A DNA stretch of 64,000 nt, taken from positions 1,056,001 to 1,120,000 of the forward strand of contig OZ223209.1 in NCBI GenBank assembly GCA_965140415.1. Reading direction: 5' to 3'. This DNA comes from Myxococcota bacterium. GTDB lineage: Bacteria > Myxococcota_A > SURF-8. Shown in pieces: positions 18,914-28,333 of the stretch (the first letter of the stretch is position 1; every line of letters begins with the position of its first letter). Both the position numbers and the translations under genes were made by a program. The notes beneath the pieces were generated by a model. The model saw only the letters and a program-made list of their open reading frames with translations. It was not told the DNA's origin and did no database searches.

Positions 18914-20107
18914 ATGCAAAAACATGTGGTAATACTTATCGTTGTTTGGGTTCTGGGATTGAGTGGTGCCGTCCATGCCGAAATGGTGGAGCGCATGCAG
19001 TTTCAAGGCTTTCTAACGGACGCGGAAGGGCAACCGTTGGAGGGAGATCAGGAATTGGTCTTTGCACTGTATGGATCTGTAGAAGGGGGGGAGGCCATTT
19101 GGACTCAGACCATAACGGTGTCAATGGAGAATGGTATTTTCAGCGTGTTATTGGGTAGCCAGGCTAATCCGTTGGATGAAACCGTTTTCAGCGGTCGAGA
19201 CCGCTGGTTAGGCGTAGCGGTTGGTGACGAAGTGGAAATGACGCCCCGTGTGCAGGTTCGCTCCGTTCCCTATGCCGTTCGAGTTGAACAAGCGACAAAT
19301 TCCGTAGGTGATATTACACCCAATACGGTGAGTGTCGGCGGTTCTGAGGTTATCGATGAAAACGGTCATTGGGTCGGTGATCCGACCGGTCTTGCCGGAC
19401 CGAAAGGAGATCAAGGCGATCGCGGTTTGCAGGGTACGCCCGGCGCGGCTGGGGTTTCCGTTGCCAGCTGGTCGGCGGATGTCTTGGATTGTCCGCAGGG
19501 CGGGACGGGGTTTTCCATCGGCGATGGTCCGGATCAATTCATCTGTAATGGAAGCGTGGGCCCGAAAGGTGACATCGGTCAGCAAGGAGAAACGGGCGAT
19601 CAGGGGGAGCAGGGAGATCCCGGCCAGCCTGGTAGTGCGGGGCATCCTTGCTGGGACATCGATGGCAGCGGAACCTGCAATGGCAACGAAGATGCCGACG
19701 GCGTAAATGGTTGCACGGTGCACGATTGTCGTGAGAACAGCGCCTGCCCGACTATGGCTGGAGCCACGGGAACCATTACACCTTACACTTTAGATCAGCC
19801 AAAACAGCAAATCTGCATCTATGCATTTCCCGGTTGTCCGGTCGGTCAGAGTTGCAATACCTACGATCAAGCCATGAGCGTGTGCAGCGCTCTTCAAATG
19901 GACCTGTGTAGCTACGAGCAACTTCAAGTTGCAGTATTGGATGGCATGACAGCTGTCGAGCAAATGTGGATGTCCGACATTACGGATGGTAGCAAGGCGC
20001 TTTATGTCAATAGAGACAATGACACTACTGATTTCGACGGTGAGGCGACGATGACGACGGAAAAGCGTGGCGCTTACTGCTGTCGCGTGATGTGGATCGG
20101 AGATTGA
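18914..20107 (+). CDS. Secreted collagen-like fibre protein, paralog 3
   Basis: Same architecture: FQGFLTD..GQPL, GDITP, WVGDP, Gly-X-Y runs, CWDIDGSGTCN, GAYCC. Confidence 0.8.
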   Translation: MQKHVVILIVVWVLGLSGAVHAEMVERMQFQGFLTDAEGQPLEGDQELVFALYGSVEGGEAIWTQTITVSMENGIFSVLLGSQANPLDETVFSGRDRWLGVAVGDEVEMTPRVQVRSVPYAVRVEQATNSVGDITPNTVSVGGSEVIDENGHWVGDPTGLAGPKGDQGDRGLQGTPGAAGVSVASWSADVLDCPQGGTGFSIGDGPDQFICNGSVGPKGDIGQQGETGDQGEQGDPGQPGSAGHPCWDIDGSGTCNGNEDADGVNGCTVHDCRENSACPTMAGATGTITPYTLDQPKQQICIYAFPGCPVGQSCNTYDQAMSVCSALQMDLCSYEQLQVAVLDGMTAVEQMWMSDITDGSKALYVNRDNDTTDFDGEATMTTEKRGAYCCRVMWIGD

Positions 20108-20218
20108 CATCCTTTCTTGCGGATCAGGAATAGAAAAAACACGACAGCTTTGCTTCACTGCTTGTCATGACCGGCTGGTAAGTTTTATCAACCTTCTGCT
20201 CGCCGTTCTTGGGACCGA

Positions 20219-21715
20219 TCAGTCTTCGACCTCTCTGATTGTGCGCACCAGGCGAAAGCCAATCGATTTCCAGCGAGCGTTGGGTAACTCGATGTAACGA
20301 TCGGCAAGGCGACTGGAGCGGGGAGCATTCAAGCAACTGCCGCCACGACGAGAACGCAAGACCCCACTATCCAAGCCTGAGTAATCCGTTTGAGGTTCCG
20401 AGGGATAGTCTCCATACAGATCCCAATTCCATTCCCATGCATTTCCGAGAACATCATACAGTCCCCAGGCATTGGGGAGTTTCTGTCCCACGGGGTGCAT
20501 GGTCTCCCCTGAATTGCCGCAATGCCAGGCAATGAGATCACAATTCGGATCTGAGATTCTGCACTCGCTCGAAACTTCCGATATGCTGCCATCGCTGCCT
20601 TCCACCTCGTAAAAGGCCGTCTCACTTCCGGCTCGGGCGGCATATTCCCACTCCGCTTCCGTTGGTAACCGAAAACCAGGGCAGTGCTGGGGGATGCTGA
20701 AAATCGGTTTCAGACTGCATTCGGTCAACTCCCCTTCGCCTGTACAGTCAAAGCAAGTCGCCAAGTCATGAGCTTCGGAGAACTTATTGGCAAACTTCAG
20801 GGCTTCATACCACGAAACCTGTTCAACCGGACAGGTGTCTCCGCAACTCTTGAAATAGGATGGATTGTATTCCATCAATTCGGCAAACTGCCCCTGGGTC
20901 GTTTCGTAGGTCATGATCTCGTAATTATACGTCAACGTAGCTTCCCACTGCGTTTCATCGTCGTCACGTCCACCTTCTGCAAGGGGGCTTCCCATTGTGA
21001 ATGTACCGGCCTGAATAAATGTAAATCCCTCGGTAACCACTGAGATGCAGCGACCTTCCACGCAACGGCTTTGTGCATCGCACATCCCGCACTCAACCCC
21101 GCATATTGGATCTGGCCCACAGTCCAGCTCGCTGCAATCCGCATCATCCGGGCAGGTGGGTGATTGTTCTACACAGACACCTTGATTACAGTCGTAGCCA
21201 CTCTCACAAGATCCACAGATTATTCCACAGACCGGATCGGCTCCGCATTCCAACTCGCTGCAATCCGCATCTTGCGGACACTCGGGTGTTTGCTCCACAC
21301 AACTTCCCTCTAAGCAGTCATAGCCCGTTTCACAGGTTCCGCAAATGGTGCCGCAGACCGGATCTGGTCCGCATTCCGTGTTCTCGCAATCGGTTTCTTG
21401 CGGACACTCGGGTTGCTGTTTTACACAGTTTCCGTCGATGCAATCGTATCCGTCCGAACATTGGCCGCAGATGATTCCACACACAGGGTCGTTTCCACAG
21501 CTTCGCCCCGCGCAATCGGCATCCATCGGACAACTTGGATTGTTTATTTCCAGCCATCCGTCATCATCCTGATCCTGATCTGCTTCCAGATCGCCATCGA
21601 GTGTGGAGCCATCGGAATCCCCGTCGGATGTGTTGCCGCTGTTGTCCTCTACACAGGCTGTAACAAGCACAGTCAAAAGCAACAGCAACAAACCTAAAAA
21701 GCTCGAGCGCAACAT
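20219..21715 (-). CDS. Lipoprotein with Cys-rich repeats and C-terminal FGE-sulfatase (SUMF1/EgtB/PvdO) domain
   Basis: VTAC lipobox; GTFTMGSP, PVEQVSW, FRLPTEAEWEYAARAG, PNAWGLYDVLGNAWEW, IGFRLVR. Confidence 0.9.
   Translation of the reverse strand: MLRSSFLGLLLLLLTVLVTACVEDNSGNTSDGDSDGSTLDGDLEADQDQDDDGWLEINNPSCPMDADCAGRSCGNDPVCGIICGQCSDGYDCIDGNCVKQQPECPQETDCENTECGPDPVCGTICGTCETGYDCLEGSCVEQTPECPQDADCSELECGADPVCGIICGSCESGYDCNQGVCVEQSPTCPDDADCSELDCGPDPICGVECGMCDAQSRCVEGRCISVVTEGFTFIQAGTFTMGSPLAEGGRDDDETQWEATLTYNYEIMTYETTQGQFAELMEYNPSYFKSCGDTCPVEQVSWYEALKFANKFSEAHDLATCFDCTGEGELTECSLKPIFSIPQHCPGFRLPTEAEWEYAARAGSETAFYEVEGSDGSISEVSSECRISDPNCDLIAWHCGNSGETMHPVGQKLPNAWGLYDVLGNAWEWNWDLYGDYPSEPQTDYSGLDSGVLRSRRGGSCLNAPRSSRLADRYIELPNARWKSIGFRLVRTIREVED
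21045..21532 (-). repeat. Four ~42-aa Cys-rich coding repeats
   Basis: CPxxxDCxxxxCGxDPxCGxxCGxCxxxxxCxxGxC repeated four times. Confidence 0.85.
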
Positions 21716-21726
21716 GATCTCATCCC

Positions 21727-24288
21727 CTATCTATCGGAGCATCCCGTGATCAACTCACCATCATGAATCGTTCCTGCATTTCCAGATTCTCCTTGTTGAG
21801 TTCCTGGAGCGTCTGCGTTTCCTCCGACCCCGGCTGTTCCCGGCTGTAGGTCGTTTTCATTCAGAGTCGCATCTGTGCCGCAAAGGAAAATCGGGAACGA
21901 CCAGCCTCCACTGCCTCCGCCGCCTTGGCCACCGTTACCGCCTTTGCCTCCGTCACCGCCGTCACCGCCTTCTCCGACTTCGTTTGAGGACGTGCTTCCA
22001 CCATCGCCACCGCCACCACCAGATCCGCCATTTCCTCCGCTGCCGCCATCGCCACCGCGACCGCCATTGCCGGTTTCAATGACACAGTTTGATATCTCAG
22101 TTCCACTTGATCGGAACAGAAGAATGCCGATGGAGCTTCCGCCGGCCTGACCGCCGTGACCGCCGGTTCCTCCACAGCCACCGGAACCACCACCACCGCC
22201 GCCACTGCCGGCTCCATCAACGCATAGATAGCCGGTTTGTCCGGCTCCACCACCTCCTCCTCCGCCGCCAGCGCCCGATTCACCGGAGTGTCCGGTTTGA
22301 CCCGGCGCACCCGACCACAAAAAGTAATCCACGACAAGCGCGTTGGAGATTGCACCCAGGCCCGGCTCTCCCGTTTGTCCCGACTGGCCTATACCTCCAT
22401 CAAACCCGTCGCCACCGCTGCTGCAATTGGAATATACCGTGCCTCCTTGACCGCCTTGTCCGCATGACGATCCGCCGCAGCCCGTGTTTTCAGCACCTGT
22501 TTGGCCGTTACATCCTCCAAAAGCCGGATTGGATCCTCCATCGCCGCCACTGCCACCCTGTCCGGACTCTCCCACTGTACAACTTCGACTATTCCCCCCG
22601 GAACCGCCACTGCCCTCTGCGTTTTCATTGTCGATGCTTCCGGCTCCTCCATTACCTCCAACAAGACCACCCAGGCCCTGCTGCCCCGTCTCTCCAACGT
22701 GGCCATCGGTTCCATTTGCTGTGGCGATGGTGCAATTGGCAACGCGAAGTCCAGGCGATAGAGAAGCCCAGATGCCAAAGCTGCCAACGCCGTCGCCCAG
22801 GCTGTCATCGGAAGTTTGAATTGTGACGAATTGCAGTTCGCTTCTATCTGTCAGAGTATCGGCCAGCACCCCGACGACTTGACCGCTCAACGGATCGACC
22901 GTATCGGCCAGGATGGCTGTAGTATAGGAAATCGGATCAAAGGTCCATGAAGTGTCATCTGCAAAACCGCCGAATACTGAAACGCCATTTTTCATGTGAA
23001 CGGTTTCGTGGTAGTCCCCTGCCGCGATATAGACATGTGGCTTATTGTTGGACAGATCATCGTCCGATAGACTGGCATTGGCCATATCAATACCGGCTTG
23101 AATGGAATCCAGCGGTGATTGACGGGTTCCGGCCCCATCGGATGCTCCCTGGAGGCTAACATATACCGCACTGCTATATAGTCCATCCACTCCGTCGCAA
23201 TTTGCATCGATCCCTTCGAGATCGGGAGGATCCATTGGATCCGTTACAACGCACTGTTCTTCACAGCCATTTCCGGCACCAGCTTCATTCAGATCTTCGT
23301 TCACATCGATCCAGCCGGGGAGACAGATTAGATCACAGGTCGCATTATGACAGACTGCCAGAGTATTGGACGCATCGGTCGGGCACGTCTTGCCACAGCT
23401 ACCGCAATTTAACGCATCGTTATTTAGATCTGTGGCGCATTCTGTCTGTGAACCTTCACAATTTGCCATGTTTTCTGGACAATTTTGGCCAATGCATTCT
23501 CCAGCGGAGCAAATAGTGGCATAGGTATAGGGATCCTGGTCATCACAGGCATCGCCATTATTGTCGGGGTCGTTGGAACAGGTTCCCGAAAGCAACTCGC
23601 ATGTGTCAGCAGTGCATGGGTTATTGTCCTGGCAGTCGGTGTCATTTAAACAAGTCCATGAATTCTCGCGGTCCCCCTCCGCAGAATCGTAATCCGATTC
23701 ATAAATCTCCCAATCGGTTTCCAGTATGTCGTAATCCTCATCACCGTCCACAGAATTGGAACAGAGACAAGCATCTATAGGCTCCCCTTGTTCGTTTTGC
23801 TTTTCGCCGCATCCGACCGAACCGCATCCAAAGGTTTGCTGACAATAATCCTCACAGTTCTGGTAGAACCAGGTACCATCGATGCATGTGGCCAGATTTT
23901 CGGACAAACACATCGTTTGGTCTTCCGTACAGCTATTCGTATCACCATCCGGTACATCTCCGTCCGATGAATCCCCATCCGTATTCACGTTACTAAAATC
24001 CCCATCTGGAAGTGGGATACACTCATAGTTGTAACAGCGCCATCCAAAATCGCAATCTGTATCGGTTTCACATGTATACTGACAGGTTTCATCGATACAA
24101 TGCTTGCTACCTTCGCAGTCACTATCTTTCTTGCATCCTGAGACTGCATCATTATCATCATCACCTTCTGATATTTTAGTTGAACCCTGACAGGCAATAA
24201 TCAATGTCATGGTTGTAGCAAGACAAAGAATGAATAGCATTCTCAGTGTGGTAGGCATGTCAACTCTCCATAAATCCCCAAGTTTCAT
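21727..24288 (-). CDS. Cys-rich, Gly-rich (PE-PGRS-like) surface lipoprotein with a probable beta-helix domain
   Basis: IIAC lipobox; Cys-rich modules such as DALNCGSCG and DANCDGVDG; VYIAAGDYHETV...VFGGF; long Gly-rich C-half; start may be 24258. Confidence 0.75.
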   Translation of the reverse strand: MKLGDLWRVDMPTTLRMLFILCLATTMTLIIACQGSTKISEGDDDNDAVSGCKKDSDCEGSKHCIDETCQYTCETDTDCDFGWRCYNYECIPLPDGDFSNVNTDGDSSDGDVPDGDTNSCTEDQTMCLSENLATCIDGTWFYQNCEDYCQQTFGCGSVGCGEKQNEQGEPIDACLCSNSVDGDEDYDILETDWEIYESDYDSAEGDRENSWTCLNDTDCQDNNPCTADTCELLSGTCSNDPDNNGDACDDQDPYTYATICSAGECIGQNCPENMANCEGSQTECATDLNNDALNCGSCGKTCPTDASNTLAVCHNATCDLICLPGWIDVNEDLNEAGAGNGCEEQCVVTDPMDPPDLEGIDANCDGVDGLYSSAVYVSLQGASDGAGTRQSPLDSIQAGIDMANASLSDDDLSNNKPHVYIAAGDYHETVHMKNGVSVFGGFADDTSWTFDPISYTTAILADTVDPLSGQVVGVLADTLTDRSELQFVTIQTSDDSLGDGVGSFGIWASLSPGLRVANCTIATANGTDGHVGETGQQGLGGLVGGNGGAGSIDNENAEGSGGSGGNSRSCTVGESGQGGSGGDGGSNPAFGGCNGQTGAENTGCGGSSCGQGGQGGTVYSNCSSGGDGFDGGIGQSGQTGEPGLGAISNALVVDYFLWSGAPGQTGHSGESGAGGGGGGGGAGQTGYLCVDGAGSGGGGGGSGGCGGTGGHGGQAGGSSIGILLFRSSGTEISNCVIETGNGGRGGDGGSGGNGGSGGGGGDGGSTSSNEVGEGGDGGDGGKGGNGGQGGGGSGGWSFPIFLCGTDATLNENDLQPGTAGVGGNADAPGTQQGESGNAGTIHDGELITGCSDR

Positions 24289-24886
24289 ACGTCCGCCTCA
24301 AGAGCACCTCAACGCAACTACTACTATGCGCTGTACGCAGCATCCCTCAGCTGTTTTGATAATAGTGACGCCAACCTATCACGATATGCACTGACATTCA
24401 ATTCATAATTTGCTTAAAATAATTCTCGCGATCCAAAAAACACGAAACCCGCTTCCCGATGCACTTGAAAGCGGATTCAGTTATTTATGAGTTGGTGTAT
24501 GGTGCTTGTATCAAGCAATAGTGAGACCATTTAAGTGATTGAGAGCACGAGTTGTTTCGGCTGATTAAGTAATGCTTTGAAAGATTGTTATTTGCGATAT
24601 TGCAGTTGTTTTGAAGCATATCATGTCGATTGCTGAAGAAGGAATCTCTTGGTTAACGCTAACCATATAGCGATGTGGTACATGCACCTGTCCCCGGAAG
24701 TCAAACGGGATGCGGCTAGGCGATTTTAAGTGTATGACGTTAATGAATCTTTGCTGGTTTTGCAGCATTCTCTCGTAGCTTTTGGGTTTCACATATCAAT
24801 AGCAAACAAGCCCGATGATTTGCTCATTGACATTCCGGCGAACGAAGAGTATGTAGAGTTGTTGTTGAAGAAGGGTTGTATTTAAT

Positions 24887-25315
24887 ATGCAGAAAAGAAG
24901 CCTTTACTACTCGAAATTGTCCACATATTTAAGCACCGCCGCCATGGCGGCGCTGGTGCTGCGGACTTTGCTTCTGACCCTGCACTTCATCTCACTCCCG
25001 CATGCCATTGATCCGCACACCGGGCACTTCGTTCACCTGCATAATCACGCCAGTGAAGAATTACACCAGTATGAACCTCCCACGGCGCGATCCAAGCCGG
25101 GTATCCAGGCGAATTCACATTCCTGTTGTGACAGTTGCGCTCATGACTGTCCCTACAACCACTTCCTTCATCAGCCTTCCAGCCAGAACCTGAACCTGGT
25201 CGACAATATCTGGATTCTACCGCCTTCTGCGGAGACAAGTCTCCCGTATGGTCTCTCTCTTTTCATACGTGACGACCTACACTTGCTAGCCCCAATGAAT
25301 TCACCTCCCGTGTAA
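24887..25315 (+). CDS. His/Cys-rich DUF2946-like protein, possible regulatory leader
   Basis: N-terminal hydrophobic helix, HFVHLHNH, HSCCDSCAHDCP and C-terminal LLAPMNSPPV; lies upstream of a TonB receptor operon. Confidence 0.55.
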   Translation: MQKRSLYYSKLSTYLSTAAMAALVLRTLLLTLHFISLPHAIDPHTGHFVHLHNHASEELHQYEPPTARSKPGIQANSHSCCDSCAHDCPYNHFLHQPSSQNLNLVDNIWILPPSAETSLPYGLSLFIRDDLHLLAPMNSPPV

Positions 25316-25470
25316 TTGTTCGTAGCTACAACGATCCAACGGTCCCACAAAGACCGCTGGAAACTGTCTTACCGATTGATGAATCAACTGAAGCTTCCAT
25401 CGGGTGCTTGCGCTTGCGCTTAAGGCGGGCTGTACCTATGGAGAGACAGTGAAAATGCGACTACAACACA

Positions 25471-26475
25471 ATGGAGAAACCCATGAATTCATACAAGGTT
25501 ATCTTGCAGTACACCCTTTTGATTGCTTTTACCCTTTTACTTTCCGCCTGCGGCGGCGACGATGACGGAACGAATACGGATGGAGACACCTGGGATGGCG
25601 TCTGCACCGACGAACGCGACGGTTGGGAAAAATGCGAAAGCAACCGGATCCTATGGTGCCATGTTCTGGAAGGCATGGACCCGCATTTCCATGAAGGCTC
25701 AAACTGCGAAGCGCTGGGCCTGACTTGCGTAGAGCATGTCCACCAACATGACGGTCACACTCATTACGAAGCGTTCTGTGTGGATGAATCTATCACCTGC
25801 GAGGAGGGCGAGTTCGCCTGCGTAGACAACACCGCCCAAAACTGTATCGACGGTGTCATGGCTCTTGAACCCTGCGGTACGAGTCAGTGCCACGAGGAAA
25901 CCGATGAGGCCGTCTGCGAAGAAGAAGGCGAAGAGGTTTGTGGTGGACATGGTCACATGGATGGAGATGAATGCCATTGCGATGAGGACTACGAAGTCGA
26001 CCCCGACGATTCGACGAACTGCATTTCTTCGCTGACCTTCCCGGAAATGGCTTGCAAATTTTTCAACGAAGGCAAAGACGACATCGAGGAGGATCACCAT
26101 CTCGACGCTACGGATTCGACTCCCGGGCCACACGCGCATCTGGATGAAGTGATGGAGGCACATCTTCTAGCAGCCAACAGCTCGAATTACGTGCATTTTC
26201 CGGTACTGGAAACCGGTGAGTACGTCATGTTCCTGGATACGACGGGCGTGGTCGCGACCTTCTACGACAAGGACGGCGAGGAAGTTCCCTTCACGAATCC
26301 CGGCCCAAACGGCTTCTGTTCAGATAGCCTCGTGGATCATTTCCACATCTCCGCCACCTACACCGGTGATGGGGAAAATCCCGTTCCGACCATCGTGGAA
26401 TTCCAGGTGAATGCGGATACCGAGGTAAAATTTCTCATCATGTTACATGAAGAAGACGACCACGATCACGAGTAG
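25471..26475 (+). CDS. His/Cys/acidic-rich lipoprotein, putative metal-binding
   Basis: LSAC lipobox; HVHQHDGHTH, HAHLD and C-terminal HEEDDHDHE; EGF-like Cys spacing. Confidence 0.75.
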   Translation: MEKPMNSYKVILQYTLLIAFTLLLSACGGDDDGTNTDGDTWDGVCTDERDGWEKCESNRILWCHVLEGMDPHFHEGSNCEALGLTCVEHVHQHDGHTHYEAFCVDESITCEEGEFACVDNTAQNCIDGVMALEPCGTSQCHEETDEAVCEEEGEEVCGGHGHMDGDECHCDEDYEVDPDDSTNCISSLTFPEMACKFFNEGKDDIEEDHHLDATDSTPGPHAHLDEVMEAHLLAANSSNYVHFPVLETGEYVMFLDTTGVVATFYDKDGEEVPFTNPGPNGFCSDSLVDHFHISATYTGDGENPVPTIVEFQVNADTEVKFLIMLHEEDDHDHE

Positions 26476-26480
26476 ATCCC

Positions 26481-26537
26481 ACACCCCAATCGTCCGCATG
26501 TCCTTGTTTTCCAGACGTGCGGACGTTTTCGGGGTGT
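26481..26537 (+). other. Intercistronic stem-loop
   Basis: ACACCCC..CGTCCGCATGTC pairs with GACGTGCGGACG..GGGGTGT. Confidence 0.7.
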
Positions 26538-26561
26538 TCTGCGTGAATTAAGGAGGACGAT

Positions 26562-27389
26562 ATGTCCACGCAAAAACACGATAACTGGGCTATTGCACTG
26601 CTCATACTGATCGTCTTGACGATTTGGGGTTGTGGCGATGAAACCGCCGGGGAGGCACTGTCGTTCGACACGGCAGCGCAGGGTGTGACCGAATCCGGCA
26701 TGCCTAACCACACTTTCACCAACAGTAAGGGCTGGCAAATCACACTGGAGTCGGCAGTACTGGCTGTTGGTCCTGTTTACTACTACAGTTCCCAAGCGCA
26801 GGCGAGTTTGTTCGACCGGTTGTTCTCAATAAAAAGCGCCTACGCCTGCCCAGCCCATGCTCAGTACGACAAAGGCACGGTCCTTGGTGAAATCCGGCAA
26901 CAGGTTGTCATCGATCTGTTGGCAGAATCACCAACCACAACCGGCATCAGCGAGGGAGAAAAAGGCCATTGCCAGATGTTTGAGTTGCATTTCCATCCCC
27001 CAGGTGAGATTCCGTCTGCTTCCGATGGCGCGGCTTTTGAACCACTGGATGGGCACTCCTTTGCCATCTCCGGCATCGCCGAAAAGGATGATGTAGAGGT
27101 AGCCTTTTCCGGTTATTTGACGATTCCCGACGAAGGCACCATGCGCATCGTGGAGAGCATCCCAGCGGATGTCGTGTTGGATGGCAGAGAAGGTCTGGCC
27201 GTTACACAGATTCACATCGATCGACAACTCACCAATCTGGACTTTGCTTCCATTATTGACGAGTCGGGAGTCTGTTTGGAGGACGCTGGAGATGGCATCT
27301 GCCGAATCGGGGAAGAAAGCCAGGCATACCTTGCGTGGCAATATGGTGTAAGTTCGCGCGAATCCTACAGCCTCGTTTGGCAAGAGTAG
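26562..27389 (+). CDS. Lipoprotein of the TonB receptor operon, unknown function
   Basis: AGGAGG RBS, IWGC lipobox, internal AYACPAHAQY motif. Confidence 0.75.
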   Translation: MSTQKHDNWAIALLILIVLTIWGCGDETAGEALSFDTAAQGVTESGMPNHTFTNSKGWQITLESAVLAVGPVYYYSSQAQASLFDRLFSIKSAYACPAHAQYDKGTVLGEIRQQVVIDLLAESPTTTGISEGEKGHCQMFELHFHPPGEIPSASDGAAFEPLDGHSFAISGIAEKDDVEVAFSGYLTIPDEGTMRIVESIPADVVLDGREGLAVTQIHIDRQLTNLDFASIIDESGVCLEDAGDGICRIGEESQAYLAWQYGVSSRESYSLVWQE

Positions 27390-27403
27390 GATAGGAGACA
27401 ATC

Positions 27404-28333
27404 ATGCGAAACGATAACATACAGTTTACCTTGGCGTTAATCATAGCACTTCTTATCAACCTGTTCACCATCGGTTGCACCAGCGAAGATTATGCCGGAG
27501 AAGGCAGCCTACGCCTTCAGGCAGGGGGTGGCAAAGCACTTGAAACCGGATTTCCCTACACAGAGGGCGGCGTGGAATACGCTTTCGTGGATGGATGGTC
27601 GATGCAGTTCACGCACTATGTCGTGGTCATCGGTGACGTCAAACTATCCGATGGCGGATCGATCGTCGGCTCCTGGAACGGTCCGGCAATTATCGACCTG
27701 AAGAAAGCGAGCGGAAGCAACCATGATATCGTGACCCTGGAGGGACTGCCTGCAACGCGTTTGGATCTTCAATATCGATTCTTCGAGGCCACCGAACAGG
27801 CTGAAAACCGGAACGCCGATGCTGCCATCGTTGAAGAAATGATCGCCAACGGCTATTCCTACTGGATAGAAGGTGACGCCAGTAAAGACGGCGAGACGGT
27901 GCATTTTCTGTTGCGGCTTAAGACTCCCACTCTTTACACGGACTGTATCAACGGTAAGGACCAGACCAAAGGTATCGCTATTGAAGCCAACAAGACCATC
28001 GGAGCTTTCATATACGCCCACGCGCTGCACCTGTTCTGGGATACGCTCACAGCCGGAGATGAATCCCTGCGTTTCGACGCTTTCGCGGCGGTAGCCGACG
28101 TTGAAGGCGAGCCGGAGACTGTGACGGAGAACGAACTTGCCTATCAGGATCTGACCGATCTGCGCGATGCAAACGACGATCCCTTGCGCGATCAAGATGG
28201 TTCCCGTGTTGTCTATACAAGTGGCTCCGTTCTTCCACAGGACGACTTAACGCTCTTGACCTTTGTTGAATACGCCGCGCGCTACGGGGTTCATTTCAAC
28301 GGCGTGGGCTTGTGCCTGTCGGAGATTGAGTAA
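27404..28333 (+). CDS. Lipoprotein of the TonB receptor operon, unknown function
   Basis: AGGAG RBS, TIGC lipobox; FVDGWSMQFTHY, HALHLFWD and HFNGVGLC motifs. Confidence 0.75.
   Translation: MRNDNIQFTLALIIALLINLFTIGCTSEDYAGEGSLRLQAGGGKALETGFPYTEGGVEYAFVDGWSMQFTHYVVVIGDVKLSDGGSIVGSWNGPAIIDLKKASGSNHDIVTLEGLPATRLDLQYRFFEATEQAENRNADAAIVEEMIANGYSYWIEGDASKDGETVHFLLRLKTPTLYTDCINGKDQTKGIAIEANKTIGAFIYAHALHLFWDTLTAGDESLRFDAFAAVADVEGEPETVTENELAYQDLTDLRDANDDPLRDQDGSRVVYTSGSVLPQDDLTLLTFVEYAARYGVHFNGVGLCLSEIE

Noticed and set aside
16439-20107. Prophage tail-fibre cluster
   Set aside because: All three proteins have Sec signal peptides and no phage structural or packaging genes are nearby
16439-21715. 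Diversity-generating retroelement acting on the lectin-like or FGE tips
   Set aside because: No reverse transcriptase and no adenine-variant template repeat seen in the window; a remote DGR cannot be excluded
24827-24860. Sigma70 promoter for the DUF2946-like gene
   Set aside because: TTGACA is present but there is no convincing -10 hexamer at 16-18 bp spacing
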